A stretch of 64,000 nucleotides of DNA, taken from positions 241,988,001 to 242,052,000 of the forward strand of contig NC_086097.1 of assembly GCF_963921235.1 (NCBI RefSeq). The letters run 5' to 3'. The stretch is from Mobula hypostoma (taxonomy: Eukaryota). The translations under genes were made by a program, and so were the position numbers. The notes beneath the pieces were generated by a model. That model saw only the letters and a program-made list of their open reading frames with translations, did not search any database and was not told the DNA's origin. How positions within the stretch are numbered: the stretch's first letter is position 1; the number at the start of each line of letters is the position of its first letter. Positions 13,859 to 25,896 of the stretch are shown here, in pieces.

Positions 13859-14769
13859 AAATATAAGCACATCCAAATGATCCTATTAAAATTACATGCT
13901 CCCAATTGCCACACTCCCTTTAAACTCATGGGGATTCTCACTCCTCAAGCTCCTTTTCACCAGGAGTCAGTTTGCTACCTTCCCTTTATTCTCAGCTCAC
14001 AAACTTGCTTTAAACCCACCAGGTTAACTGGCAAATTTATATAACTGCGCAAAATCTAAGTGAAAAACATGCAGAAAAAAACCTCAGTTCTGTTGAAATT
14101 ACTTTTTGCTCATTTGATACAAAAATCACTACCACTAGAAAGGTGAAAAAAGCTCACTTATGCGGCAAAAAAAATAAACCAGTCTAATTGGCCGATGTAG
14201 TTAGTGCTGTCAAGAGAGACAGTTGGGAGACAAAGGAGGATTGAATATATTTATTCTGCTTTTGAAGAATTTAAGCAGGATATGAAAGGTATGGGAAAAA
14301 AAACCAAATAGAATACTAACTATAGGCAAGAGCTGAATGTGATGGGAACATCCAGAATACAATAAATATGTGATAAGAGCACAGCTTAAGACAGAAGGTC
14401 CCAGAAAGGCAGCAATGTTGGTGCAGCTTTTGCAGACAAAAGTATATGGAACAAAACCATCTGAGAATGTCCCTCCAGCACTACCTAAATTAGTTATGAA
14501 ACCAAATTCAGAATTAATACTGGTAGCAGAAGAGGCCATGTTAGCTCTTATTGGAAGTGGTGTACATACTCTCTAATTGGGATCCCACAGTATGACAGCG
14601 TTAACAGGAAGAAATAATGGGGACTTGGCAAAAAGGCAGTGATAATCATTGGTCATTTAAAACTATTTATAAACTGCAAAAATAGGTTCACAAAGATAGC
14701 TTGATTGTATTGATAGCTGCACAACCTCCTCCCCCCACCCACCGCTAATTCCAGTGAGGCACTGCAGGA

Positions 14770-15466
14770 GCTCTACAGTGCCAATGACTTTTAAACCAAA
14801 CACACTGATGCTATCTTCATTACTGGGGTCAGTCAAAGACAGTCCTGCCTGAATTCCACCAGCATATTAATTTTTTTACCAGAAGTAAAAATACACTAGG
14901 CTTGGTTTACACTAGCATAGCAGGTGCCTACAAATCCCACATTGGACTCTCAGATCACTTATCTGTAATAATTATTCCAGCAAACGGTCAAACCATTTCT
15001 GAAGGTAGTAAAATGCTGACCTGATGGTGCAGTCTCTGCACTGCAAGACTGCTTTGATAATACAATTTCCCTCGGGATCAAAAAAGTATGACTATGATAA
15101 ACTGGAGAATGTTCAGGGAGGCTGTTACCTATGGCAACCATGTTAACATCGAGGAATATGTGGATTCTGTGACCAGCTACATGAGAAAAGTGTTCTGAGG
15201 CTGTTACCATCACAAACCACATCCTGGTGCGGGCAAATAAGAAGCCATGGCTTACAGCAGGGGTCAGTACCAAGCTGAGGGATCGTGATGCTGTTTTTAA
15301 ATCAGGAGATGCAACAGCTCTCAAGGAAGCAGGAACTATGCTTTCCCGCTCCATCAGAGAATTTACAGGCATTCTCAGAGAATTTACAGCCACTTCTGCG
15401 ATACCAGAGACACGTAGAACATGTGGCAGGGAATTCAGACTATAAGTCTACCCTGAGCATCAGTGA
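14770..15466 (+). mobile_element. Degraded Rex/Babar LINE, 5' piece (continues at about 19040-19290 after a CR1 insertion)
   Basis: LQDCF, NKKPWLT and RDAVFKSGD motifs. Resumes as ASLPERLSVFY...NPRKA at 19040. Confidence 0.6.
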
Positions 15467-18400
15467 ACATTAGAAATAGGAGCAGGAGTCGGCCATCTGT
15501 CCTGTCAAGCCTACTCCGCCATTCAATAAGATCATGGCTGATCTGACCATGGACTCATCTCCACCTACCTGCCTTTTCCCCATAACCCTCAATTCCCCTA
15601 CTATGCAAAAATCTATCCACCCTTGTCTTAAATATATTTACTGAGGTAGCCTCCACTGCTTCACTTGGCAGAAAATTCCACAGATTCACCACTCTTTGGG
15701 AAAAACACACTCCTCATCTCCGTCCTAAATATACTCCCCTGAATCTTAAGGCTATGTCCCTCAATTCTAGTCTCATCTAACAGTGGAAACAACTTTCCTG
15801 CCTCTATCTTTTCTATCCCTCTCATAATTATATATGTTTCTATAAGTTCTCCTCTCATTCTTCTGAATTCTAGTGAGTACAGACCCAAGAGACCTGATCT
15901 CTCCTCATAGTCTAACCCCCTCATCTCTGGAATCAACCTGATGAACCTCCTCTGCACTGCCTCCAAAGCCAGTATATTGTTCTCAAGTAAGGAAACCAGA
16001 ACTGCACACAGTACTCCAGGTGCGGCTCACCAGTAGCCTGTACAGTTGCACCATAACCTACCTCCCCACTCTTAAATTCAATTACTCCAGCAATGAAGGC
16101 CAACGTTCTATTTGCTTTGACAGCCTGCTGCACCTACAAGCCAACCTTTTGCGATTCCTGCGTAAGCACTCCCAAGTCCCTCTGCACAGCAGCATACTGC
16201 ATTTTTTTACCATTTAAATAATCTGATCTTCCATTTTTCCTTCCAAAGTGGATGAACTTGCATTTACCAACATTGTGTTGCATCTGCCGGACCCTTGCCC
16301 ACTCACTTAACCTATCTATATCTCTCTGCAGACTCTCCGTATCTTCTGCACAATTTGCTTTTCTACTCAATTTAGTCTCATCAGCAAACTTAGATACACT
16401 ACACTCGGTCCCCTCTTCCAGATCGCGAATGTACATCATGAACAGTTGCAAGCCAACGCCAACCCCTGCAGCACATTGTGCACTAATGATTGTCAACCAG
16501 AGTAACACCCATATATCTCAACTCTCTGCTTTCTATTAGTTAACCAATCCTCTGTCCATCTAATACGTCACTCCCAACTCTATGCATCCTTATCTTATGG
16601 ATAAATGTTTTATGCTGCACCTTATCGACAGCATTCTGAAAATCCAAGTAATTAATGTCCATCTGTTCCTCTCTATCCACAGCTCTTGCTATATCCTCAA
16701 AGAACTCCAGTAAGTTTGTCAAAGAGGACCTGCCTTTGCTGAATCCATGCTGCCTGATGGATCCATTTCTTTCCAGATGCCTTGCTATTTCTTCTTTAAT
16801 GATGGCTTCAAGCATTTTTTAAATTACAGATCTTAAACTAACTGGGCTATGGTTATCTGCCTTTTATCTACATCCTTTTTTGAACAGCGGCGTGACATTC
16901 GCTGTCTTCCAATCCACTGGGACCTGTCCAGTGTCCAGAGTCCAGAGAATTTTGGTACGTTATTACCAAAGCCTCTACAATAACTTCTGCCATTTCTTTC
17001 TGTACCCTGGATACATTCCATCAGGACCTAGGGACTTATCTATCTACAGGTCCACAAGTTTGCACAGCACTACATCTTTAGTGATAGCTATTGTATCGAG
17101 GTCCTCACCTCCCATTGCATCAATAACATCTCTCTTTGGCATGTAGAAATGCTGTCCACCAGGAAGACCAACACAAAACAGTCATTTAAAGCCTCGATCA
17201 TTTCATTATCCAATTTCAATTCCCCCTTCTCATCCTCCAAGGGACCTAAGTTTACTTTAGCCACCCTTTGCTGCTTTATACCATTATAAAAACTTTTACC
17301 CTCCGTTTTTATATTTTGTGCTGGTTTATTTTAATAAAATATCTTATTTTTCCATTATTGCTTACCTAGTAGTTCTTTGATGCTTTTTAAAGCTTTCTCA
17401 ATCTTCCAACTTCCCACTACTCTTGGCAACTTCGTACGCACAAACTTTTAGTGTGATGTCTTCTTTTATTTTTTTTTAAATTATCCAAGGCTGGCTCTCT
17501 CCAGTCTTATTGTCCTTGCTTTTAATTAGAATATACTTTTGTTGAGCACCATGAAAAATCTCTTTGAAAGTCTTCCACTGTTCCTCAATCATCCCATCCT
17601 GTGTTCCCAAGTCTACACTAATCCTCCCTCATCCCATTGTAGTTTCCATTATTTAGGCATAATACACTGGTTTTAGATCGAACTACTACACGCTCCATTT
17701 GTATGAGAAACTCAATCATACTGTGATCACTCTTTCCAAAAGGATGCCTAACTACAACATCACTAATTTTACCTGTCTCCTTGCACAGGACCAGATCTAA
17801 GATAGCACACTCCCTTGTAGGTTCAGTAACAACATGGATGCATTCTATGAAGTCCTCCTCAAGACTGCCTCGACCAACTCGATTCATCCAATCTATGTGT
17901 GTCAAAGTCCCCCAGGATAACTGCTGTTCTATTCTTACATGCCTCAGATATTTCTGTTTATTGCCTGTGCCAGTGTAATATTATTATTCGGTGGCCGACA
18001 GACAACTCTCACTAGTGATTTCTTCCCTTTACTATTCCTAATCTCCACTAAAAGATTCTGCTCCTTAGATCTTGTATTGTCTCTCCTCATCACCCTGAGC
18101 TTGTCTTTAATTAAGAGTGCTACCCCACCTCCCTTACCTTCCTGCCTATCCTTCAGTATTACCTGATATCCTTGGATATTTAATTCTCAATCCTCTCCAC
18201 CCTGCAACCACGTTTCTGTAATGGCCATTAAATCATACTCCTTTGTACTGATTGGTGCCACCAAGTTCACTGACCTCGTTTCAAATACTCCGGGTGTTCA
18301 AATAAAGTGCCCTCACAGTCATTGTGCTTTTAAAGTGTTGTAATCTTTTTCTCTTTCGCACTTGATTTTTCTTCACTCCACTCTTACTTTTCTTTCTTAT

Positions 18401-19035
18401 CTTTTGCTTTTATCTTTATCCACACTTCTCTTTTTTACTTTATCCATACTTCTCAAATCTGTTGAACTCAACTCCCTACTATTTAATTTAAAGCCATATT
18501 CACAGTCCTAGTTATGCGATTTGCCAGGATCCAGGTCCTATCATGGTTTAGGTGCAGCCCATCCAATTCGAACAGCTCCTCCTTCCCCAATACTGGTACC
18601 AATTTCCCATGAATTCAAACCCACTTCTCCAACACCAATCCTTGAGCCACGCATTTAACTCTCTAACCCTCTTGACACTATGCCAATTTGTACATGGCTC
18701 AGGCAGTAATCCAGAGATTACCACCTTTTTATTTCTGCTTTTTAATTTTGTCCCTAGCTGCTCAAATTCCGTTAGCAGAACCTCTTTGCTCACTCTACCC
18801 ATGTCGTTGGTAACTGGATCTTTCCCCTCCCACTTCAAATTCCTCTGCAAGCCCCGAACCCAGGCTCCAGGCAGGCAACACAGCCTTCAGGATGCTCTAT
18901 CTATTTATTTGTCCATTCCCCTGACTATACTATCCCAAATTATCACTACATTTCTCTTCTCTTCCCCCTCTTGAATGACGCCCTGAACTACAGTGCCACA
19001 GGTAGGTTGCTCATCCTTCCTACAGCACCCACTTT
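15467..19035 (-). mobile_element. Older, nearly full-length degraded CR1 LINE (ORF1 esterase remnant, EN, RT, 3' UTR)
   Basis: VVISGLLP..RELNAWLKDWC (ORF1), EPTRECAILDLVL (EN), QHGFSKGRS..YLDFQ, SKFAD (RT), with many stops and frameshifts. Confidence 0.9.
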
Positions 19036-19377
19036 CATCCAGGATGCTTCACTCCCTGAGAGGCTAAGTGTCTTCTACACGCAGCTTGATGTGCAAAACA
19101 AAGTGCTAGTGAGAGAGGCACCCCTAACCCCAGGGGAGCAGACACTCCATCGGGCTAAAGCTGAGGTGAGGAAGACACTGGCCAGAGCCAATCCACGCAA
19201 AGCTGGGTGCCAGATAATATACCAAGTCCAAGTTCTGAAAGATTATGCAGCCCAGTTGACGGATATATTCAACAGCTCTCCAGAATGAACATTAAATTTC
19301 CCTGAATGCTATTGCTATCGCTTTGCTTTGGAAATTAAAGAAGAAAAACTCAGTTTATTAAAGAAGAAAGATGTGTA

Positions 19378-21695
19378 GCAAGACAAATATAGCTCCTCCT
19401 CATTTAACGAAGGACACTTTTGATGACAACATTTCTGGCTGATCTGCCACCCTTCAAGAAATCTCTAACATTTTAATTTCTTTTCCCCCGGCTTAAAGCC
19501 ACATACAGCTGACCATGCAGGAATAACGGTTTCTCCAGATAAATCAGTACATTGTCCATGGTTTGGCTTTGCACCTCTTGTATAGTCATAGCAAAACATG
19601 ACACTATCAGGAACTAGCTCCACTGAAGAGGGACATCTTCCCCTTCTGATAAACTGAGAGTAATCCTTCGGATCACGACAATGTCATTTTTGAATGACCA
19701 ATGTTTGTCTTTGCTACGATGAGATTGTCGTGCAGTTCTTCCACCATCATTCATGTTCCATTGCAAAGCCTTGGTGGATCCAAGTTCCTCATTGAAATGA
19801 TGGGAGATCCCCTCTTCAATTCCAGTTTATGTGGTGGCAATCCAGAGAGTTCGACCGAATCAAGGAATTCTATTGGAAAATGAGTGGCGTTAGCTCCTTC
19901 ACTTACGGCATTGAAGGAACAGTATTCTTTCATAATTCCAGGGAAGCATCTAATGCATGTGAAGTTTATTTTTCACATCATTTCATTGAGAGGAACCAAG
20001 ACATAATTCCTCAAGAGCAGTTCTGCAGGATTGTCGAATGTCAGGTAGATAAAAATCAATACATTCTTCCATAGTTTTTGCTGGCAGAATATCTTCAGGT
20101 AATTCAATTTCATAGTTTTCATTTTTCTCAATCTTGTCTTCTCCAACATCCAATAAGAACTCAAAATATTGTCCTGATAAGTAGTGGTATCTTATGGATA
20201 GGGGAATCAAGGGTTATGGGGACAAGGCAGGAACCGGGTATTGATAGCAGATAATCAGCCATGATCTCAGAATGGCGGTGCAGGCTCGAAGGGCCGAATG
20301 GTCTACTTCTGCACCTATTGTCTATTTTCCCTCACTCAATCGCATGTTTCTCTTCAATTGAAACTTGATGAAGCTTCTCCATAAGTAGGATTTTTTAATG
20401 CATGAATTCTCCACATCAGCATCATTTCCTCAATTCACAACTGCTAGAAACTGACAGAAATCGCCACAGCAAATGGTTAAAATACCCCCGAAGGCCTCAT
20501 TCTTGCCACATACATCATGAAGAGTCCAGTCCACGGCTTCGAAGCTCTCCCTCCTAATCATGGGGCACTCATCCCAGACAATAAGGCTTCCATTTCAGAG
20601 TAAATTTGCAGTAATGGTATTTTTTAAATCCATGTTACAAAGGGCATGTTTATTGACTTTGAGGGTTATCTTGCATCTTGAATGTGCTGCCCTACCACCA
20701 GGCATCAATGTTGCTGCAATACCAGATGATGCTACTGCATAGCAACACCTCCATCTCCCCTAACTTTAGCGAGGACCAAGTTGATGATAAATGTCTTGCC
20801 CATTCCTCCTGGTGCATCAATGAAAATCATTAAATTTCCTGTCCAAGCAGTCGCACACATATTCATATACTTCTCTTTGCTCACTATTTAACAGGGACTG
20901 CTTCTGTGAAACAAATTCCTGATGTTCGTCTCTGTTGTATTGCAGTTCAAGCAATAATTCCAGATTGCCAGCACTTTGAGTAATTGTACTGTTTCTTGGT
21001 GTCGGCAAGTTATATTCTTCAAGTGTTTTGGCCAAGTTCTCAAGTTTCTCGTGAAAATACAGAAGAGCTGGTCCATGATGCCTCTCAGTTAGGCTGACCA
21101 TATTTTTTTGACCTTAATGCTGGATAGAAGATAAGAAGCAGTAGCACCAAAGCCTCCAGGATGCTTGATTTCTCTTGATGATGTGGTTGGTGCTCTCCAA
21201 AATGGACGTGATATAGTCATCGCTGTCCTTTGACTGCTGCAAAGGGTTTGATGGGTGTCTCGAAGCACTTCATAACAATAAGATTTGATTATCTCTTATT
21301 GATGGGTCACAGTTTGATCTGTCCCAATGCTGAACATGCTGATGGTGATTAGCAGAATGTGACTTCTCGAAATAGAGCTGCCCTGCCCTTTTGCTGCGGT
21401 TGGTGAGCATCGTGAGGCGTTGCTGAGGCTGGCCGTGCGCATGCGTCATGGTGTCCCGTCGCAGTTCCCCCCTCCCCTTCCATGAAAGCTGGAATCGGGT
21501 GTGGAAAGCAGGGCCTGTTGACGAGTGAGCAATTTTAAATGAATATAACCCTGACCTTTGCATACATTCTGTAAGTTAGCGCATTTTAAGTCCATTTAGT
21601 CAAATAAAGTGCTGCTGTAATGCATCATTTGGACTAATTTGAGGGCACAAACAGACAAACTGATAAACAGAATGAGAATTTTAGTAATGTATAGA
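19378..21695 (-). mobile_element. Internally deleted, degraded Helitron (PIF1 helicase remnants), with a small CR1 tail inserted at about 20180-20325
   Basis: Minus-strand FIDAPGGMGKTF and AVASSGIAATLMPGGR (about 20680-20830), FPIEFL..SGLPPHKLELK..MRNLDPPRLCNGT (19751-19933), FAMTI..HGQLYVALSR (about 19485-19600). 5' end TCTATACATTACTAAAA at 21695. Confidence 0.88.
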
Positions 21696-21740
21696 AGATG
21701 CCAGTGATATTAAACCTAATTTGGACACGAGACTCTAGAT

Positions 21741-21933
21741 CAGGGGTGGCCAACCTTTTACATTCTATGTGTCAATTTTTTCACTCATGAGTTTAGATGT
21801 GCCATACAACTCTTGTACCCCCAATTCAATTCTTGTAAAAATGTTAATATAGAACTCGTGCGTGGAAAAAAAATTGCGTCTGAACTCGTGTAAAAAAATT
21901 GACGTATGGAATGTAAAAGGTTGGCCACCCCTG
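21741..21933. mobile_element. hAT (Charlie-like) MITE, 193 bp
   Basis: TIRs CAGGGGTGGCCAACCTTTTACATTC (25 bp perfect, about 55 bp imperfect). Exact 8-bp TSD CTCTAGAT at 21733-21740 and 21934-21941. Confidence 0.92.
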
Positions 21934-24293
21934 CTCTAGATGCTTGTAATTGGAGCAAAAAAATTCCAACTGCCAAAGGAACTCAGCAGATAAGATAGCA
22001 TCTGTGGAAGCAAAGGGATAATCAATGTTTCTGATCGAAATCCTGCTGGTTGACTCCCTAAGCTCCTCCAGCTCTTCTTTTGTTTTCATGACAGCACTTT
22101 AATGGTGGGAGTTACATTCTGATGAAGTCCATCATCCCAGTTTCACAAAAGTAGTCGCCAGCAAAATGGCTGATGCCTTGTTTTAAATTTTCTAAAATCT
22201 CCCTTTTTTCCCATTACATTTGAAAATAGTAAATGCAACTGTATTCAGATTCAGGTTTATTTATCAAATGTGTATCAAAACATACAGTGAAATGTGTCAT
22301 TGGCACTCAGAACAAACACACTCAAGGATACGATGGGGGCAGTCCGCAAGTATACTCACACATACTGATGCCGACAATGCTCAGAAGAAAAACACAAGCA
22401 ACAGAATAACCACAGCTAAACAAGCCCTGTTCCTCTTTACACAAATGCAGTCCTCCAACCCTAGGACAGGCCATCTTCTTTGGTATCCTACCTCCAGTGG
22501 ACTCAGATTCACAGACATCCCCAGCCTCTGAACTCTGGCCATTAGGCCTCAATTTCTGGACTTCGACCATTGGTATCAAATCCAGAACTCAAAGACGATC
22601 AAAGAAGACCCAAACTCCACACGTCAAACACCAGACATGTTGATGACAGGACCCGCGCACCAGACCTTGAACTCCAGTCCTGCGTACCTAGGAGGTCACC
22701 CACATTCAACCACATCCACGTTGCTGCCCTTCAAATGTAGAGCAGAGGCTTAGAATCCGGCTTGTCCACTGCTTCAATCAAACCCGCCCCTATATCCTTA
22801 TCTGTCCCCTAACTCCTTTCTCTGTCCCCAAAATCATCCCTTCAAACAATTTTTTTTTAAAAAAACAACTAAATCTGAGCTGCAACGTCGATGGCTTTTA
22901 CATTCAAACAGGGAGACAGTAGGCATGAAACAACTGGTCACTTAGCCTAACAGCTGTAAGAGGGATGTTTTCTAACAAGCTTCTCTGAAAATCATAATAG
23001 TAGACAGAAAAATTACTTCAACTTTGCTCAATTACCTTGGTTTTAGGAAAGAAGACAGGAATGCCCAACCAGACATGGTAAGAGAGATACTTAAGGCGCA
23101 TTTAAGAATGGATGAAGGAAAGTGAAGGGCTATCTACGTAAGAGGGAATGGTTAGATTGATCTTAGAGAAGGTTAAAAAGTCAGCACAATATCATGGGCG
23201 AAAGGGCATACGCTGTGCTGGACTGCTTGGGAAAACAGGAAGGGAGAAGCGAGAAGGGAGAGAACGGGAAGCACCAAAGGGACATTCAATAAACCAGCTG
23301 TTTGGAATCAAATGACCTCTCATGGTGTTTCTGGGCTGAGTGTGCCTGCACCTGTACCTGTGCCACCACCTCCAGCCCTTGACACTCCTCTGCCACCTGG
23401 CCCACACCCCTCCCAATGCACTTCATGCTCGCCATTCCCAACACGCTTTGTTCCCGCCAGATTTAAAAACTCGCTTTCTGCTCCACGTTGACAAATACAA
23501 TACTGTGCAAAATTGTTAAGCACCCTAGCTATACATGCCCAACATCTTCGCACAATACTATACTATATATATTGATGTCTGGAATTATCTATTTCACAAA
23601 GTAGGAAACCAAGTTGAGAGACAGACAAAGAAAGATACAAGAGGTGTATAGGTAGATTGTGCGAGTGGACAAAGACCCAAAAGAAAATTTGTAGTATGTA
23701 GAAAGATGCAAAACAATCCCTCAAGCAGGAACAAAAGAAAAACATTACTGTTGAAATGGTAAGAGACTTCTAAGAGATTAGCTTTTACTTGTTACACGTA
23801 CATAGAAACACCCAATAAAGAATAAAGTATGCATTAAATCAGTGAGGATTGTGCTGAGTAGCCTGCAAGTGTCACCATGCTTCCAACGTAGCATGCCCAC
23901 TACTCACAAAGCCTAACAGTAAATCTGTGAAATGTGGAAGGAAACTGGAGCACCTACACAGAGATGATATTGATTTTTTTGGACTGGACTGGAGAATGTC
24001 TTTGGAACTCTTGCACAAAGGAGATGGAAGCAGAGTTTTTAATATTTTTATGACAGAGATAGTTGGATTCTTGATAACATCATACCATAAGTGAACAGGA
24101 ATGGAAATTTGTAGTTACCAACAGATAAACTGTGGACTTTTTTGTTAAGTTGACAAAGTGAGTTTGAGAGAGCCAGTGATCTATTTCTGCTCTTAATTCT
24201 TATTAAGAATTAAGGAGATGTGACAACTAAGAAAGGGAAATTAAACTAGGAGAAGGAAACCAATGGCATCACTCATTTAGAGGTTTTAAATAT

Positions 24294-24430
24294 AAGAACA
24301 TAAGAAATAGGAGGAGTAGGCAATCTGGCCCATCAAACCTTCTCCACCACTCAATAAGATCATGGCTGATCTAGCCATCATCTCATCTCCGCCTACCTGA
24401 CTTTTTCCCCATAACCCTTAATTCCCCAAA
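24294..24430 (-). mobile_element. CR1 3' tail fragment
   Basis: ATAAGAACATAAGAAATAGGAG tail and 3' UTR similar to 15467-15600. Confidence 0.7.
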
Positions 24431-24769
24431 TATCAATAATATATGAAATGATTATATAAAAATAACTATTCTAAAATATTTCCTGAATAATGGTCAAAGG
24501 GAAATGATAAAGAAAATAAGGATTCTATTAAGTAATGTGGCCTCACAATGCAAAAAGCTGATGACCAAAATTTATATGATCACAGTGCAACAAAATTTAA
24601 AGGCATTCAACCAGTTAATGTACTGACTCTTCAAAAGGAGCAATCGATCCAATCCAATGTTATCCATCATTTCCCTTATCCTCATTCTTCCTCTGAAAAT
24701 AGAGTTCTTTTCAAAATATGCGTTATTTTGCATTTAAATGCAAAGCACTCTATGTGGTTCAGGCAGGTG

Positions 24770-25090
24770 GGGCTCATCAGCCTTGGACAGCAGTCGCCTT
24801 GGAGAAGGAAAACTGATTTTAAAACCTCCGCTGCCTTGCGGCCATATCCACCCACGGGAAAGGCTTCGGGAGTAAATCCCGAGGAAGAAATCCGGAGCCG
24901 GGGTCCCTAAGGCAGTTTGATGTAGTTTACAACTTCACTCTGGCAACCTCTGTGACGACACTGATACCAAGCTGTACTGCGCTTGCCCTTCCCTTGGACT
25001 ACATCAGCGACATGGAGAGGGAAAACCCACTGCATTGGCAACAGCCGGTTCTTCAAATCTTCCTGCCCAGGCTTGTGCCCTAGAGAGGAC
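24770..25090 (+). repeat. Non-coding interspersed repeat (SINE-like, family unassigned); related pieces at about 50925-51830 (-) and 51890-52560 (+)
   Basis: Shared motifs GGGGCTCATCAGCC, CTGCCTTGCGGC..CCCAC..GGGAA.GCTTCGGGAGTAAA across the copies. Confidence 0.5.
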
Positions 25091-25092
25091 TA

Positions 25093-25895
25093 CGTCGTCT
25101 TCATCAACGATGATGCCTAGGCATGTCTAGTGCAGTGATATATATACCCATGTCATCCGCCCCTCCTGATTAGTTAGTCCTCATACAATCAGGTTTCCGC
25201 TGTCCCACCTCGTTTATAATCAAATTCCAGTACATACTTAGAGCAAGACCTTCATCTTCACTAAAAATCGTGTCCTCTAGTTTAACTTCAATGGCTTACT
25301 TCATCAGGCAGTGCCAAAAGGCATTGGCACAGTACAGCTGTTTTGTGCCAAAGTCAATCCTATGGCCATGACAATGCAATCTTCTGTAACGCTGATTTCT
25401 CTGAGTAACCAAAACAGATCCCGTGTTCTTGATTTGGGTTTCCGCCATGCACCCCATCTGGCTGATATACACTACACTGCATTAACAGGGAATCCTGTAA
25501 ACACCAGCCCTCCTGAGTCTCAGGTCACCTTTAAACTGCTAGGCTGTGATTTGAGCTTCCTTATAGGTTTGTGGATGGTATACCCAGTATTTCTTCAGGA
25601 TTCTGGTGATTCTTCCAGAAATAATGGAAATATGGGGAAGACAGGTGGTCTTCAGATTCTGAGTGATTCTGAATTCCTCTGTCAAAGATATTCACAAGCC
25701 TTCAATATACGCCACTTTGATAACCAAGAAGCCTTGTGATGTCACGAAGACACCTGCTGTTGCACCTTGGAATATACTGGAAGAAACTGTGGTCTAGTCA
25801 CTTGGACAGCAGATCTTATACAATATCTTCCAACTGTCCTAAATTTATAATTCCAACCAATGGGGAAAAAATCTTCACTGTTTATCACCACCAGG
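25093..25895 (-). mobile_element. Degraded Penelope-like element 3' portion with GIY-YIG endonuclease remnant
   Basis: Minus strand reads AGVYRIPC*CSVVYISQMG..ETQIK (GIY-YIG) near 25430-25510, followed by GYSEKSA-like remnants. Confidence 0.75.
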
Positions 25896-25896
25896 A

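Noticed and set aside
14210..14576. Overlapping ORFs of 109 aa and 68 aa as a possible gene
   Set aside because: No recognisable motifs or splice context; probably eroded CR1 endonuclease-region sequence.
25093..25115. Hammerhead at the end of the GIY-YIG Penelope fragment
   Set aside because: Only a TTGATGAAGA remnant is left on the minus strand; the GAAA box and helices are missing.
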